The notes under the pieces are model-generated. The model was not told where the DNA came from, made no database searches, and was given only the letters and a program-made list of their open reading frames with translations. Both the position numbers and the translations under genes were made by a program. A DNA stretch of 64,000 bases, taken from the human T2T-CHM13v2.0 reference genome, Homo sapiens. This document shows positions 12,111 through 28,560 of the stretch, in pieces. The stretch lies in the NCBI RefSeq assembly GCF_009914755.1, contig NC_060936.1. One strand, given 5' to 3'. Position 1 is the first letter of the stretch; each line of letters opens with the position of its first letter.

Positions 12111-14415
12111 TCTCAAATGAGGTAGCAAGCTAAATCTTTGGCCTAGGTCCAGATTTGATCCTCAAATAGTTTTATATTCCTTATATCTATAGCAGCTGCT
12201 CATCCTCTCTACATTATGCTTCTTCCACTTTGCGTAGGGTGGGCTGTATCAAAGTATCCAGCTTTGTACTGAGGCTTTCTGCAGTTACAAATTAAGACAG
12301 AATGTGTCTGGAAAGTATCAGAGCACACATTCTGCTCTCAGTACTGTCTCTGCATGCTTTTAAAGTTTGCAGCATCAACTCTCAGAACTACTGACTGCAT
12401 CTTGCTGAGAATTTTCTAACGCTGAAATTTATAGATGACCATGTGTGGCTCCCATTGCTAGTCAATTGCAAATTAGAACAACTAAGATATATCTCAACAT
12501 TGAGTTTGTTTTGTTATTTGCTAACTGAAGTTGACCTTTACATTCCGTGAATACATTGTTTATGCATTTTATTTTCCACCTTTAAAAAATATCTGGTGAA
12601 ATAATCAATTCAATAATTATTTTCTTACGGCAATAAAGCTGAATAAATATTCAGTATTTGCTAACTACAAGCATGGTTTTCTTTTACTTATTTTTTTTTA
12701 ATTCTATATCTATCTCTGGGAAGAAATATTTCCAATTTTGGGTAGAGGAGTGACTCAGGTTAATTTCATGCAAACCATTTCCTCCTTTTATCCCCATATA
12801 TCAGTCCTAAATTAATACAATAGGTGCTCTGCAGCCAGCGTGGTTGCACATTGATCTTGGCCAGCTTGTTTACAGTGTTTTGGCAAGTTGCTGATGTACT
12901 TCTCCCTGGGGATAGAGCAGGGGTTAATTGCTGTTAAACTCTCAGTGCCAAGTAATGGTTCAGCCTCTCTGCTACATTAAAGATGACACTAATAAGGAAA
13001 GAGAGCAGTGGATTGCTCTATGTTGAAAATTGGACTAGTGGTGACAGAAACTTGGAGCAGAGCTGATGTAATAGGAAGACCATAATGTAATTATAACTGC
13101 TGAACATGTGTCATACCAAGTTAAATGATACATTAATGAATCAAAACAGGTGATGAAGTGTTGCTCTTACAGCGGATAGAGGTGCTTTCAAGGTTAGATT
13201 GCCATAATTTAATAATCTGTAATATGGATATTCTTCAAATCACAAATAAAATCAACCTTAATGCTTCAATACAGTATTGCTCCTTGAGTTTCAAATAGAT
13301 AAGATAAAAGAAACAAAGCAAAAGTGAGCAGAGTTCAATGCAACTCATTCTGTGTTTAATTTTGTAAGAGCAGGTTTTACATCGTAAGGTGAGTGGTTGC
13401 CCAAGGCCTTCTTCTTGTCCCAGTAGACTACTTGATCATTTTAATCCACAGCTAGCCAGCCAGTAACTCGCAAGGGAGCATAGACCTTTAGAAGCAAACA
13501 ATTACTTTTTTTAAAACAAGTCATTATATATTATCTATAAATAATATTTTAACAAGGTTAATTCTAAATTCACAATAGGTAGAATATAGTACGGTTCCCG
13601 AAATCTTCTAATCTGCTATCCTGTAATTTTTTTCTAAGAATTTACAAATCTTTCAAACTTATTTTCTTTCAGATTTTTAAATTAATTTTAAAAGTCATAA
13701 ATGATAACAGATCTATTATTCAGTGTCCATGATTTTTAATTTTTTATCTTAATTTAAAAAAATACCACTGTCATGATTGTACTGAGTTTATTTAGCATTG
13801 TTAGGAGATAAAATAATATATTTTTAGTTGTACTTGGCATTTAAGATCTCATATTAGATTTATTTTAAACAAGTATTAATCTTATCTTTATTTTTTTAAA
13901 TATCCTGGAACCTCAGTATACTATTCTATTGGCACCTATGATATATTTATATATGTACACATATTTATCCGTATATATATACATATATATACATATATAA
14001 GAAATATAAGCAATTTATTAACAGAAAAATTTTTATATGTTGGACCCACCCTATGTTGATTTCCATCATGTAATGTACAATTTAATGTTAATTTTGCCAT
14101 ACATTATACTTTCTAGTGACAAGTAGCTATTGTTGTTTCACGGTATTTTACCAAATGATTGAATCCATTTCTAAAGGTTGATTAGTTTTCACAAAGAGCT
14201 ACTATTGTAAGAAACTAGAAAATAGATGGATGAATTAAAAAGTAAAATAATCATGGCATATCTACCTTGAATATATTAGGTATAAAATTTGTTTTTACAC
14301 TAGACCTCCAGTTTTTATTTAATATTTGTGTATACTCTCAAGCAGGTTTGAATACTATTTGTTTTACTATCATTGACATTAATAAGAACACATGCTATCA
14401 CTTGTCTTTTATTAA

Positions 14416-14733
<318 letters not shown>

Positions 14734-15489
14734 CACTTCTCTATTATTAAGAAAAAATAATTTTGTAAGAAATAATTTTAATCATTTTAATATATAGCCA
14801 GCCAGCCTGTAACTGCCATGGGAACATAGAACCTTAAAAGCAAAAACAAAACAAAACCTAGTTTCTTTAATGTTGGCATTGAATTTTATTTGCACACATC
14901 TTCCCTACTAAGGAAAGAGAGGAAAGCATAATTTGTATCTGCTGGGTTAACTTCTCAAGGTCCCATGTTTCATGTAAAAGATTATTTTCCTGTTTAGTCT
15001 TAGGTGATATTGGGTGAGTATATGGAAGATAATCTTGAACTAGAGGGAAGGGACTATGGCTGATGGTTTCTTGAGTGTCACACTCCATGACTTACTTTTT
15101 CTTGCACTCTGTTGGGAATGTGTGCATGTTGCTCTTATGGAAGCTGTACATTCATTCATAATGTCCAGCCTCAGTGAAAGCCTCCCACCCAAGCTTGACA
15201 CTAAAGAAGCAGAATCAACCTCTTAAATGTTCACAGAAATTGGAAAACAAGAGCATCAGCAGTGTCCTCTGTGAAATGACAGCTGGAGACCTCTACCTTG
15301 AATATTCTAGAAAGTCCATGACCCTCAAAGATCTTGCACTAACTTATGGTGTGCTAAGTCTCCCTAGAAAACATCTGAAATGAAAGTTTTTGTTAGCTGG
15401 GTAAACAGGAGCTCAGAGAAGTGTTATCTTAGCAGATATAAGTGAGGCACATTGTACACTTGCAACTGAGAGGTGAAACCCATTCCCAC

Positions 15490-15708
15490 CGTATATTGAG
15501 TTCTAATTTTATACCAGGAATTATCCTAAATACTGAATCTATATTATCTCATTTAATCTTTAAAGGCGAACAGCATGTTTCCAGATTGCAGATATAAAAT
15601 TGAAGTCCAGAGAGATTAAATATGTTGTCCAAATCACACAGCTAGTAAGCTGCAGGGATGAGATTTGAACCTCAGACTGTCTGACACCAGAACCTCACCA
15701 TTAACCAG
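15490..15708 (-). mobile_element. MIR SINE
   Basis: Reverse MIR core: cagagagattaaatatgttgtccaaatcacacagctagtaag...gatttgaacctcagactgtctgac. Confidence 0.8.
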
Positions 15709-15999
15709 AACATTTAATTGCTCCCAAAGAATAAGGAGCAATGTAGAAGTGACAGTTTATTTCTCAGAGTAATTGACATAATTCGATTCTAAATTATTCC
15801 GTAGAAAACATCCCCTTATAACTTTAAATTAATGGTTTTATCATTTAGAAACTCTCATATTCTTTCTAGTTCCATTTGAGAATTAAGAATTGTAGGACTA
15901 CTCTGATATTCTATAAAGACACATGTCTTTCTTTAAATGACAACAGATATTTTTCCTGTGTGTTATTGATTATTTAGGGGTTCAGCAGCTAAAGTCATT

Positions 16000-17280
16000 T
16001 ATTTATTTATTCCACCAGTCATTTAATAAATGCTTATTTTGTGCCAGAAGTTGTGCTTGCAGTGAACAGCCAAGATTAAAGACCCCAACTTTCAAGGAGC
16101 TAGCAGTCTCTAATGGAAAGTTAAAGAAATTAATTAGAAAATACAGAATTATCTGAAAATTGAAAAGGTGGTGTTGATGTACAGACAATACATGAAGTAA
16201 AAACTTATTTCAACACTCTTGAGTTTGGTTTGGCATCTGGATGAACTGAGGCAAAAAAAGAAAGAAACAGATGGAGATGACAGAAAGAGATGAATGGGGG
16301 AAGGGAGTATTCTAAGTCAATCTCAAGCTTCTTCTTAAAGACTGAGCTAAATGATAAACATCAGGAAACAACATAAAGTATGGTAATATTTGAGTAACAT
16401 AAATAATACTGATAGAATTTAGAATGTTTGAGGATTAATAGAAAAAACCAAGTTTAGAGAAAAAGAGGGATAATCATTTTATCAGAGGTAGACAAAAGTC
16501 AATGAAAGATTATTTGTAAAAGAAAGCCTTACTTAAATTTGACATTTACAAATATAAATAAAGATCACTGTCACAGTAGTGTGAAAAATGGCTATAAATG
16601 AATAAGTAGGAGAGTAAGGGAAACATTAAGAGAGGGCTAGAATAATGATGCAGGAATTACGAAAAATGAATGAAGGCATCACACACGGATCTTGAGAAGC
16701 AGAAGCCACCTTAGAAAATGCTAAAAATATAGAACTATAGGATGTGTATAACTAATTGTGGGAGATAAGAAAAATAAAAAATCAAGTTTGACTCTCACAG
16801 TCCTCTCACAGTCAATTTAGTGACCTTTCTTAAAGACTAGAAAATATTAAATTGGGTAGGAGCCAATTAGGGAAAGAGTATGGAAATAAAATAGAACATC
16901 CAAAATGAACTTGATGGTACCTCAAAAGTAAGGTAAATATATAGAATTTGGAGTGATCCAGGTACCCATGAGTAAGAGAATAAGACCAAAGCCTAGGGTC
17001 ACCACTACTCAACAGATAGGTAACCTGAAAATGTCTTACCACAAGGGAAGAAGAGTTACTTCCCAGAAGGGAGAGAAAAAGTCAATAATACCAAATGAAA
17101 GAGGAAGTAATATATTATTAGGTAATATATTACCTAAAAATTACCATTGACTTTAACCACCAGAAATTGATTACTGTCTGACAAAAGAAGGATAGTGGCA
17201 GAAGTTACTCTATAGAAAGTAGAGGAAAGATTGAGAGATAAAGATGTGTATTACACATGTGTCCACTGCTAGGAATTGTA
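16000..17280 (-). mobile_element. Highly decayed L2 fragments
   Basis: Reverse L2 3' end (cagtcatttaataaatgcttattttgtgccag...ttcaaggagctagcagtctaatgg) followed by a purine-rich body. Confidence 0.55.
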
Positions 17281-17310
17281 TTTTATCTGTTAAGGAAAGA
17301 GGGAAATTTT

Positions 17311-17392
17311 TTTTTTCTTTTTTTGAGATGAGGTCTTGCTCTTGTCCCCAGGCTGGAGTGCAATGGCACGATCTTGGCTCACTGCAACCTCC
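17311..17392 (-). mobile_element. 5'-truncated Alu (3' ~70 nt plus tail)
   Basis: Poly(T) followed by gagatgaggtcttgctcttgtccccaggctggagtgcaatggcacgatcttggctcactgcaacctcc. TSD agaggga(g)aatttt at 17298-17310 and from 17393. Confidence 0.9.
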
Positions 17393-19246
17393 AGAGGGAG
17401 AATTTTTAAATGTAAGAGTAACATAGGGTTGAGAGGTCATTTTAAGTTTAAATAAGGAAGAAACTAGACATTCTTCACATGAAAAAGAAAAAGAATCAGA
17501 TAAGACGAAGGAACAAAGGTATAGTGTAAGTGAGCTACTTATATGATGGAGTGAGGTTAAGGCAGAAATGTAAACTTTCAGACATGAGATAGTGAATTCT
17601 TCCATGAAAACTAAAAGGGATCATGGTTGTTGAATGTTTAGGCTCAACTTTTCTTCCTGTTGAACTTTATTATTTACTTGTTTGTTTGTCTGTGAAGTAG
17701 AGGATGGGATGAACACTGTTGTATACAATGTTGAAAAATATGAAACAGAAAACTTAAGGAAATTGGTAAACTAATTAAAATAGCAGTTGGGGTTGTGTAA
17801 GAAGCGTTTAACTAAAAACATGGAGAAAACTCAGAAGACAGCACTGGGCAAGTGGCTGTATTTCAGTTTCAGAAGAGAGGTAAAAGAATCCTTCTCAGAA
17901 CCAACAGGCCAACTATCTCTAAGAACCAGTGCAAATTTTTACTGGCTTCACTTTTTTTTACTTTTTAAACTCAATTTTATATTTTCTCCCATTTATTTAG
18001 TATTTTGTCAGAAAAAAATGATTCCTTGGTCCTCATACTTTTTAAGAATAATAGATAAAGCTAAACATGAAGATCTGAGGTACTAAAACAAATTAAATGA
18101 GAGTATTCTTGTGCTGTTTAAGGGCTGTCTGAAGTCAGCTTGGAGGGTTATATAAGCAGGCCTTAGCTTGTAAAGATTGCCCCAAATCAAACTGATAGGT
18201 ACAATAATTCACTGAAAATTGCTCCTGAGTTATTGCATGCTACTGCTGACCACAAGGAAAAACAGAAAAGAAAAATTCCAAAAAGACTCAAATGGCAGAC
18301 AACATATATTTGGTAATACGGCTCTGTTGCAGTCTTTTCCCATGTAGTGCTAAGTGTAATAGAAGGAGATGACACTTTATGGCTATTAAAAAAAGATTTT
18401 TCTAAATGTGAAATAGTTTTGTTCTCATGCTGAAATAGAAATGAATAATTTATTTCTTCATAACCAAAAGCATTTTCTGCTTTTTGAACATATAATAAAG
18501 ACTCTCTAATTACAAATTTTCCATAATTACAAATTGTTCAGCCTTTTAAAAGGTGATTATTATTCATTATCTATTTATTTCATAACAAATGCCACTAAAG
18601 GTGTTAAAGATAAGTTTAAAATGCCAACTAAGATATTGCAACATTTTAATTAAATGGAAAGCAGTTTATATATATATTTAAAAACATAGCTTTTGGACTA
18701 CACATTAGTAAATGCATTTTTATTTAACGAATTATAGAAAGATAGATGAAGATGTTCTGCTTTTAAAAATATTATATTTGGAATGCCTGTGCAGAGACAC
18801 TGAAGTGTGATTTGTCCTCATAGCAGACAGCTGAAGAACAAGTGACATTCTTACACAAAATCCATATTGGTGATGTATTTAATTACAGAGCTGATTGAAA
18901 TTGACAGCTTTAGTGACCTGAGTTTGCACTTGTGGTGATTGATGCATGCTTCAACTCTGGTTACTTTTAAACCAATTCACATATTGCTCAATACTATAAT
19001 ATCATCCTGTCAAATTGCAAACTACATTTTTACAGGTGGGGGACTGGAGAGAGTGCATGTTTAATTAAAATGAGATAGAGATGAGTTGTTTAAAAACACC
19101 TATACAACTGTTAAACTGGGACCACTGTTATTTGAAAGTGAAGTGAAAGAAAATTCAATACACTTACTCAGGCATTTATGTTCCTAGAGTCATCTTTTCT
19201 CCTCTAAAAATATACTTGACTGCTGTTCTTGTAAGAAAGAGGTCCC

Positions 19247-19613
<367 letters not shown>

Positions 19614-19979
19614 TTAAAAATAAGTAAAATTCATGTCTTAGAACAAGGAGGGACCTTAATGATCTTGTAACCCAAATCTCCTGTCTGTTTTTGTCTGGTT
19701 GTGTTTCTTTGTTACTCTGGCTAGATAGCTGCTACCCAGAGAGCTAACTTGTCTGTAGAGGTGCACAAAATTGGCTTTACTGCATAAAACTGGGGCTGGA
19801 GTTCACGTCTTTTCTGTTTCAGTTCAATGTACTTTCACACTATACAGAATTCCCTTCTGTAGATACTTTTCACTCCTTAACTCACTTTGTTGGCTATGGA
19901 CATATTAGGATTACAGCCTTTGATATCCAATGATCCACTTAACTTAGGCACTTTTAATTACATTTTAAATAACAGTAAA

Positions 19980-20210
19980 AAGAACCATTGATTGAATCTT
20001 GCTGTATACCACACTCTGAAATATATCCTTAATATACATTACGTCTTACAACATATATGCAAGGTAGGTGATATTGCTGTCCATTTATTGATGTGTGGTG
20101 AGACTAAGGGAAGTTCAGCAAACTTTACAAATGGCCTTGGGCACTAAGTAGATGAAATTTGAATCCAGTTTTGTTGAGTACAAGGCCCACAACTCTTTTT
20201 ACCACACAAC
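19980..20210 (-). mobile_element. Decayed MIR
   Basis: gcaaggtaggtgatattgctgtccattt...gagactaagggaagtt...gaaatttgaatccagttttg. Confidence 0.55.
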
Positions 20211-22024
20211 ACTATTTTCTCATACCAGAAAAAAAAGTCTTGAAATAGACTTCTTGACTGTCAGAATGATAAATAACTCTTGAAGGAGGTTGTCACATAT
20301 CTAATTGTTAAGAATAGAGATCCACAATCTTGGGTGGTTTAGATATACATCTTTCCGAAATGTAAGATTGCTCAGTAGCATAGTCTCCAAAGTCTCTTTC
20401 CCAGATTAGAAATTTATGCCAGAATTAAATTTGTCGCTTCATTAAAATATACTAGTTTTGACAATGTGAGGGTCATTGGAAATTTTAAAATTATACAAAC
20501 AAAATAGCTTAAATCACCATTCCAACTACTTAGGCAAGCCAGTTCCTTTCCCAATATTTCTTAGTTTCCTTAATATATGATGAACTGGAGAGGAGTAAGC
20601 ATAAATGTCCCTCCTGTTTTTATTGCCTCAAAATGTTTGCTCTCTTTTTAATTTCTTATATGGCAACTCATCTCTACTTCAATTCATTCCACTCATAAAC
20701 TTATGCTTTTTCTTCATTCCTTAAATTATCATGAAAAGATATGGCATAGAAAAATGGCAAAACAAGATAACTAAAATTAAATATTAGAAGTACTGCATAT
20801 TTTAGCCCTTCCTGTGCCAGGTTGGACTGTTTCTACTTAGACTGTACTTGTCACCACTTCCTATATCTGTTAAGAACTCTTTTTCATGTTTCCTGCTCTT
20901 TGACTATTGAGTTTTTTAGTTTTGCTATAAGGCAATGCCATAGGAAACACAAGAACTCAGCATACAATTCATATATGTAAAGCAAACTTTCTTGTTTTGG
21001 TCCTCTCCCATTAATTGTTTGATTTCTTATCAAATCAATTTATAAATAAACATTAAAAATTGTAGACTAGATAAAAAAGTATATTTCTAATTTTTCCTCA
21101 AACTCCCCTATTCCCCTCAGAAAGTATTTACCAAATAAAAAAGGTTATAAACCAAAAGAATAGAAAAAATGGGGAGAAGTCAGGAGATAATTAATACCAG
21201 CAAATTTTTAGAAGATGGAAAGAAAAAAAAAAAGCAAAAATAGGTAAAACCGAAGAACACACAAGAGTTAGGCACCAACAGGAGCCATGCAGATTTAAAC
21301 CATTGATCTCTAAAAGAGTTTAAGAGTTGAAAACACCAGATTCTCTGGAACATAAATGAGTAAGGGGATCAAGTAGGGTTCCATTTACAGAATGAGGCAT
21401 TTTAAGCAAAAAAGGATTTAATACAGGAAATTAGTTTTTTTACACTATTGAAAGAGCTGGTAGATTAGCTTCTGGACTGGCCCTCCTGAAAGATGAAAAG
21501 AGCCATACAGACCAGAAACTCTAAAGAGGTTATTTCTGAAGTGGCTGTGGAGTTATGAAATCAAGAAGGTACCCATATTGCATTTTGTAATCATGCCACA
21601 ACTGCTGCTTCATACTTAGGAATCTAGAGAACAGACTATGGAATTCCACTGTGTCTAAGTCATGTAGAGAACCCTAACAGAAGGAGGGTATGATGAGATT
21701 ACGTGGTCAATCCACAATGTTTCCCTCAGTAGGTATGAGGAACAGGATTAAAAACATGTCCATTACAATCGTATTTTTCCCTCCTTATCCTAGGAAGCCA
21801 GGTGATTACTTACTGTGTACTCAAACAAGAGAAGAGACATTTGTTTTTCTGGATAAATTTATTATAGGATACTTGACACCAGGGGCAATGAATGACAAGA
21901 GTGAGGCACTGTACTGAAAACAGAGGAATCAAATATAGAGAATGATGAAACTTCACGCTCCTCTTACAAAGAAAAAGCAGGCCATGCATAAGAGGGTTTA
22001 AGGGGTAAGAATCTGAATTATAGC

Positions 22025-22437
22025 TGCTATGGTCTGAATGTGTCCTTCAAAATGTATGTGTCCTTCAAAATGTATGTGTTGGAAACTCAATCCCTAATGC
22101 AATAGTATTGGGAAGTGAGGCCTAATGGGAGGTGTTTAAGTCGTGGGGGCTCTGCCCTTGTGAATGGATTAATGATGCTATAGAAAGGGCCTAGGGGAGT
22201 AGGTTCTCACTCTTCTGCTCTTCTGTCATGTGAAGAAGAAAGTGTTTCCCATTCTAGAGGATGCATTGTTCAAGGTACCATCGTGGAAGCGGAGACTTGG
22301 ATCTTACCAGACTTCAGATACTGGCACCTTGATCTTAGACTCCCCAGCCTTCTGAACTATGAGAAAGTAATTTCTGTTCTTTCTAAATTACCCAGTCTGT
22401 AGTATTCCATTATAAAAGCACAAAACAGACCAAGACA
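22025..22437 (+). mobile_element. MSTD-type MaLR solo LTR with an internal 18-bp tandem duplication
   Basis: tgctatggtctgaatgtgtcc...aattacccagtctgtagtattccattata...cagaccaagaca. The unit atgtgtccttcaaaatgt occurs at 22038-22055 and 22056-22073. Confidence 0.85.
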
Positions 22438-23349
22438 ATGTCAGCTTTCTCAACTTAAACTCGTAAGCTAGATAACAAAGGAACATTGACAGTAAGAAAT
22501 TCCAATATAAATTTCTATAAACAAGCTATCAAAATATGAGGTTAACATAAAAGTAGTTTCAGACATAATACCTTTTTTAAAAAGGCTATGAGTGACTCTC
22601 TTGGAATTCCTGCTAGCTTGGAAAGCAATGAGGCTAGATTGAAACAGAATGATTTAATACTCCAGGTGTAAGAGAAGCATAAGGTAATAAGGTAGGATGA
22701 GGGTCAAGAAGGAAGAGAATGAAAAAAATAAAAGGAAAGTGATAGATTACCTGATATACTGGGGAATATTAAGATTCTGTAATTTGTCAGCACGTTTGAA
22801 AACATTTAATAAGAGGTATGTAGGAATGACACAGAAAAATTTGAAGTATATTTTTATCTTCAGGAAAAACTAAGTATACAAGGTATATATTTGACAGATA
22901 TTTTATGTCTGAATAATAATAGTCTTAATTATGTAAATCTCAAATATTTATTGTACATAATAATGACATTTTTCAAACTGAGATTTAAAGAAGTGAACTA
23001 TGTACATGCTCACATAGAGAGCGTTGCTAGATTCTGTATTCATTTCAAAAATGTTACCATTGTATAATGGTGATATTTCAAAGAATCCAGAATTAAAAAT
23101 TATGTATATAGTTGTGTTACTTATATATTCATAAATCAATACAAATAGTAAAGACTAAAGATTGAAGTGTATTGTGTCCTGGGAGTAGGCTGTGGTGAGG
23201 AAGTATATTAGAGGCAGTGGTGTTTTGTTGCAAATCTTTTTAAATAGATGGATTTTAAAAATACATAAAAACGTTACTTAAATTATGCTTTCATTGTACA
23301 GAAAAGTACTACAAATTCATTAAAGAATAGCTAGAAAATACAGACTGTG

Positions 23350-24917
<1,568 letters not shown>

Positions 24918-25499
24918 TTAAAATAGAACAGTCGATGATAATCACTAAAAGCATACTGATAGATACCCTTAAAGCTATATACACCTGTATGATACATACA
25001 CATACATTTCTGCATTTCATTTATAATATCTTCATTTGGCATTTAAAAAATTTCAAAAATGTATTTTGCATCTCAAAAAGTATTGTATAAAAATATTATA
25101 TTCACTCCTTTGGGGTATTTAGACTGTTTTATCTTTTAATAATCATAAGTAAGGCAGAAATCACCATCACTTTACCTGAATAATCTTCTCAAAATAATAT
25201 TTAATTACATTTTCTTCATCACAGTTACAATAGCTTTTTTAAACTGTTAAATATCTAATCCTTATGGAATATATTTTCTTCTGTAATATGAGACCCTAAC
25301 ATCACTCATTTACAAATGATGAAGTGAAACTATATAAAGACTGTTGAATAGTTCACATTTTTGTGCTAATTTTGAATTGTTCCCTCACTTTAAAATAAAT
25401 ATGTATCTTTGAGTATGTTCCTCCCTATAATACAGTTTTATTTTTGTTTTCTTCTTCAATTTCTTGTATCATTTACCTATCTACTTATCTAATGGAAAA

Positions 25500-28400
25500 A
25501 CTGGTCATTTATTATTGGCCTATAAAGTAAGACCATCAGTAAAATATTCAAAGTGTTAATTGGCATACATAAAACTGATAATTGGAAAACAGTAAAATAT
25601 TTGTTATAGAATTTTTGTAGAAATAATTGATCAGATTAATGAGGTTTTACATTATACTTACTTTGCTATAAATACTTCTTACTAATATGGCAAATTATTC
25701 TATTTTTAAACTGTTAAGCCAACCTTGCATTCCTGGAATAAATTTAACTTTGTCGCAATATATTAGCTTTTTAAAGTGTGTCATTAGGTTATTATGCTAG
25801 TATTGTAGTCATCAGAGAGATTCCCCTGACCATTTTCTTTTTCTTAATGTCTTTGTCAGGTTTTGGTATCAAGATTATCCTGGACTCATAAAATTAGTTT
25901 GAAAGTGTTTCTTCTTTTTATGTTTTGTATAAGAGTTTATGTTACTTTGCTATGAGTTCTTCACAAAAGTTTGGAAGAATTCACTGGTAAATCAAGTAGG
26001 TCTACAGTTTGCATCAACAGAAGATTATACGTTATTCATTCATTTTCTTTATATTTTGTTCTATAACCATTCAGATGTCTTCTTTAAATGTTTTTGCCCA
26101 GAAATTTGGATATGGTATCTAAAATTTTAAATTATCTATTTAATATCTATAAGATATATATTAATACTTCCTTTTCCATCTGAGATTGTATATATTCCTC
26201 ATTCTTTTCTTGTATCTCTCTTTTCTTTCAGTTTTGATCAATCTTGAGAGGAATGTGTCAGGTTTAATAGTCTTTAAATATACAACTCTTTATTAATTTT
26301 CTTTATTAGATTTTTCATATTTGTTAATATAGTGACTTCTGTTTATTATTTCCATCCATCTTATTTCCTTTTGCTTAGAATGCAATTCTATTTCTGACTC
26401 TTAAAAGATGCTTACAAATTTAATTTTAAAGTTATTAAAACATTTTCTAATATATTGAAGGCTATAGGTTTCTTTATAAGCATATCTTCAATTGTATTTC
26501 ACAAGCTATTTTTATATACCACATTGTTACTAAATTTAGTTCAAAATATTTTAGTTGCATTTTCACTTATTTTAGTCCATGAATTATTTAGCTTATATTC
26601 TTAATTTCCAAATATTTAAGATATTTCCATTTGTCTTTTACTTATTAATCATTAGTGTAAATTTAATGTGGCCAATGAACATTATCTATATAATTTCAGT
26701 CCTTTAAATTTTGTTCTATATGATATAACCCAGCAAATGCTCTATTTGGTGAACACTCTTATTTTTTCTTGAAAAGATATACATTTCCCTTTTAATTTGG
26801 TTCAGTTTTCCATACATACCAATTTTTTTTTGTTGCTAACATCTTTGATATTTTTGTTGCTAACATATTTGTTGTTTTGTCTATTCTTTTTTTTAACCAT
26901 TTATCAAGAAAATCATTTTCCCAAGATTCCCACTTGGGTAGCTGACTCATGATAAATTTTATCATTACACAATTGCTGGTCCCAGTATTAACACTTCCTA
27001 ACAAAGGAGGCCCTCATCTTTATTCAAGGTCCCAATCATAATCCCCATCTTTTCTTAATAAAAACATAAAAGTTTTACACATATATACATAACACAAAAT
27101 ATATTTATGTATTATATGTTCTCTATATACGTGCAAATATATTTAAATATTTTATATTATATATTGTTTTATTGCCCCACTGACAGTAAATATAGTTATT
27201 TGTATGAAAAACACCCCCATTCCCTTTTATTTTTTAAGAATACGTTTTGCTCAACATCATATTTTATTTCTTTTTTTTCTTTTTTCTATTTATTATACTT
27301 AAATTTTTTTTTATTTATTAAGTTTTAGGGTACACGTGCACAACGTGCAGGTTAGTTACATATGTATACATGTGCCATGTTGGTGTGCTGCACCCATTAC
27401 CTCATCATTTAACATTAGGTAAATCTCCTAATGCTATCCCTCCCCCCTCCCCCCACCCCACAACAGGCCCCAGTGTGTGATGTCCCCTTCCTGTGTCCAT
27501 GTGTTCTCATTGTTCAATTCCCACCTATGAGTGAGAACATGCGGTGTTTGGTTTTTTGTCCTTGCAACAGTTTGCTGAGAATGATGGTTTCCAGCTTCAT
27601 CCATGTCCCTACAAAGGACATGAACTCATCCTTTTTTATGGCTGCATAGTATTCCATGGTGTATACGTGCCACATTTTCTTAATCTAGTCTATCATTGTT
27701 GGACATTTGGGTTGGTTCCAAGTCTTTGCTGTTGTGAATAGTGCTGCAATAAACATACGTGTGCATCAACATAATATTTTAAATTGGCTGTTCCTTTATT
27801 CAGTATCTTATACATATCTTGACAGGGTCTAATGGCTCCGTCGTTGCTGTTAAGAAATCAGGTATCAGTCCTTTACCATTTCAATGTTATCTTTTTTTTC
27901 TGGATGCATTTATATTTTTTTTCTGTTTCTTTTTTTAATTTTGCTATTCAGGTATAAATTTTAAAAGGTTAATACAGTGTTCTCAAAACAGTGGATTGGT
28001 GTCTTTTATTAGTTTTGGATAATTATCTATAACATCTCTTTAGCTACTGTTTCTACACTTTTCTCTTTTTCCTATTCTTTTGAAATTTTGTCTAAATATA
28101 CTGTATCTTCTATTATCTGTCACATATTCTTTCACCTTGGAGTTTCCATTTTGTCTTTTCACTTATTTGCAAACATTTTAATTCTCTCTTTACTTTGCCT
28201 AACCTTTATTTAATGCTACAATTGATTGTTAATTTTAGCTTTTATATGTTTTTTAGGTGTAGTATTTTTCCTTTTCCTAAATTAACTATGTCAATTTTAT
28301 ACTTTCCCATTTCCTGCTAACATTCTCAAGCTTGAATTTTGTTTTGTTGAACACAGTAAACATAGTTGATTTATAGTCTGGTGTTCTTGTAAGGCTAATT

Positions 28401-28560
28401 CTATTTTTATTATTTCCAGTGTATTCACTCATGTTTTCTTGTCTTCTTAAATACCTGGTTGTATAATCACTTATTTTACACCTTAGGTTGAATATCTTTA
28501 AAAAAAATGAATAACTATTTTCTCCTCTACCTTTGTCAAACCTATTTCCACAAGTCATCT
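25500..28560 (-). mobile_element. Old L1M fragments, antisense
   Basis: T-rich antisense L1 motifs (gttaagccaaccttgcattcctggaataaat; ttttggtatcaagattatcctggactcataaaattagtttgaaagtg). Confidence 0.7.
27266..27765 (-). mobile_element. 5'-truncated L1PA 3' end (~500 bp; L1PA3/4-like)
   Basis: Canonical L1 3'UTR (aagttttagggtacacgtgcacaacgtgcaggttagttac...atccctcccccctccccccacccc). TSD tcaacat(c/a)atatttt at 27251-27265 and 27766-27780, followed by aa (TTTT/AA). Confidence 0.95.

Noticed and set aside
21370-21760. Possible ancient LTR remnant (a similar case at ~38355-38741)
   Set aside because: Composition is suggestive, but I could not establish the family, termini or TSD.
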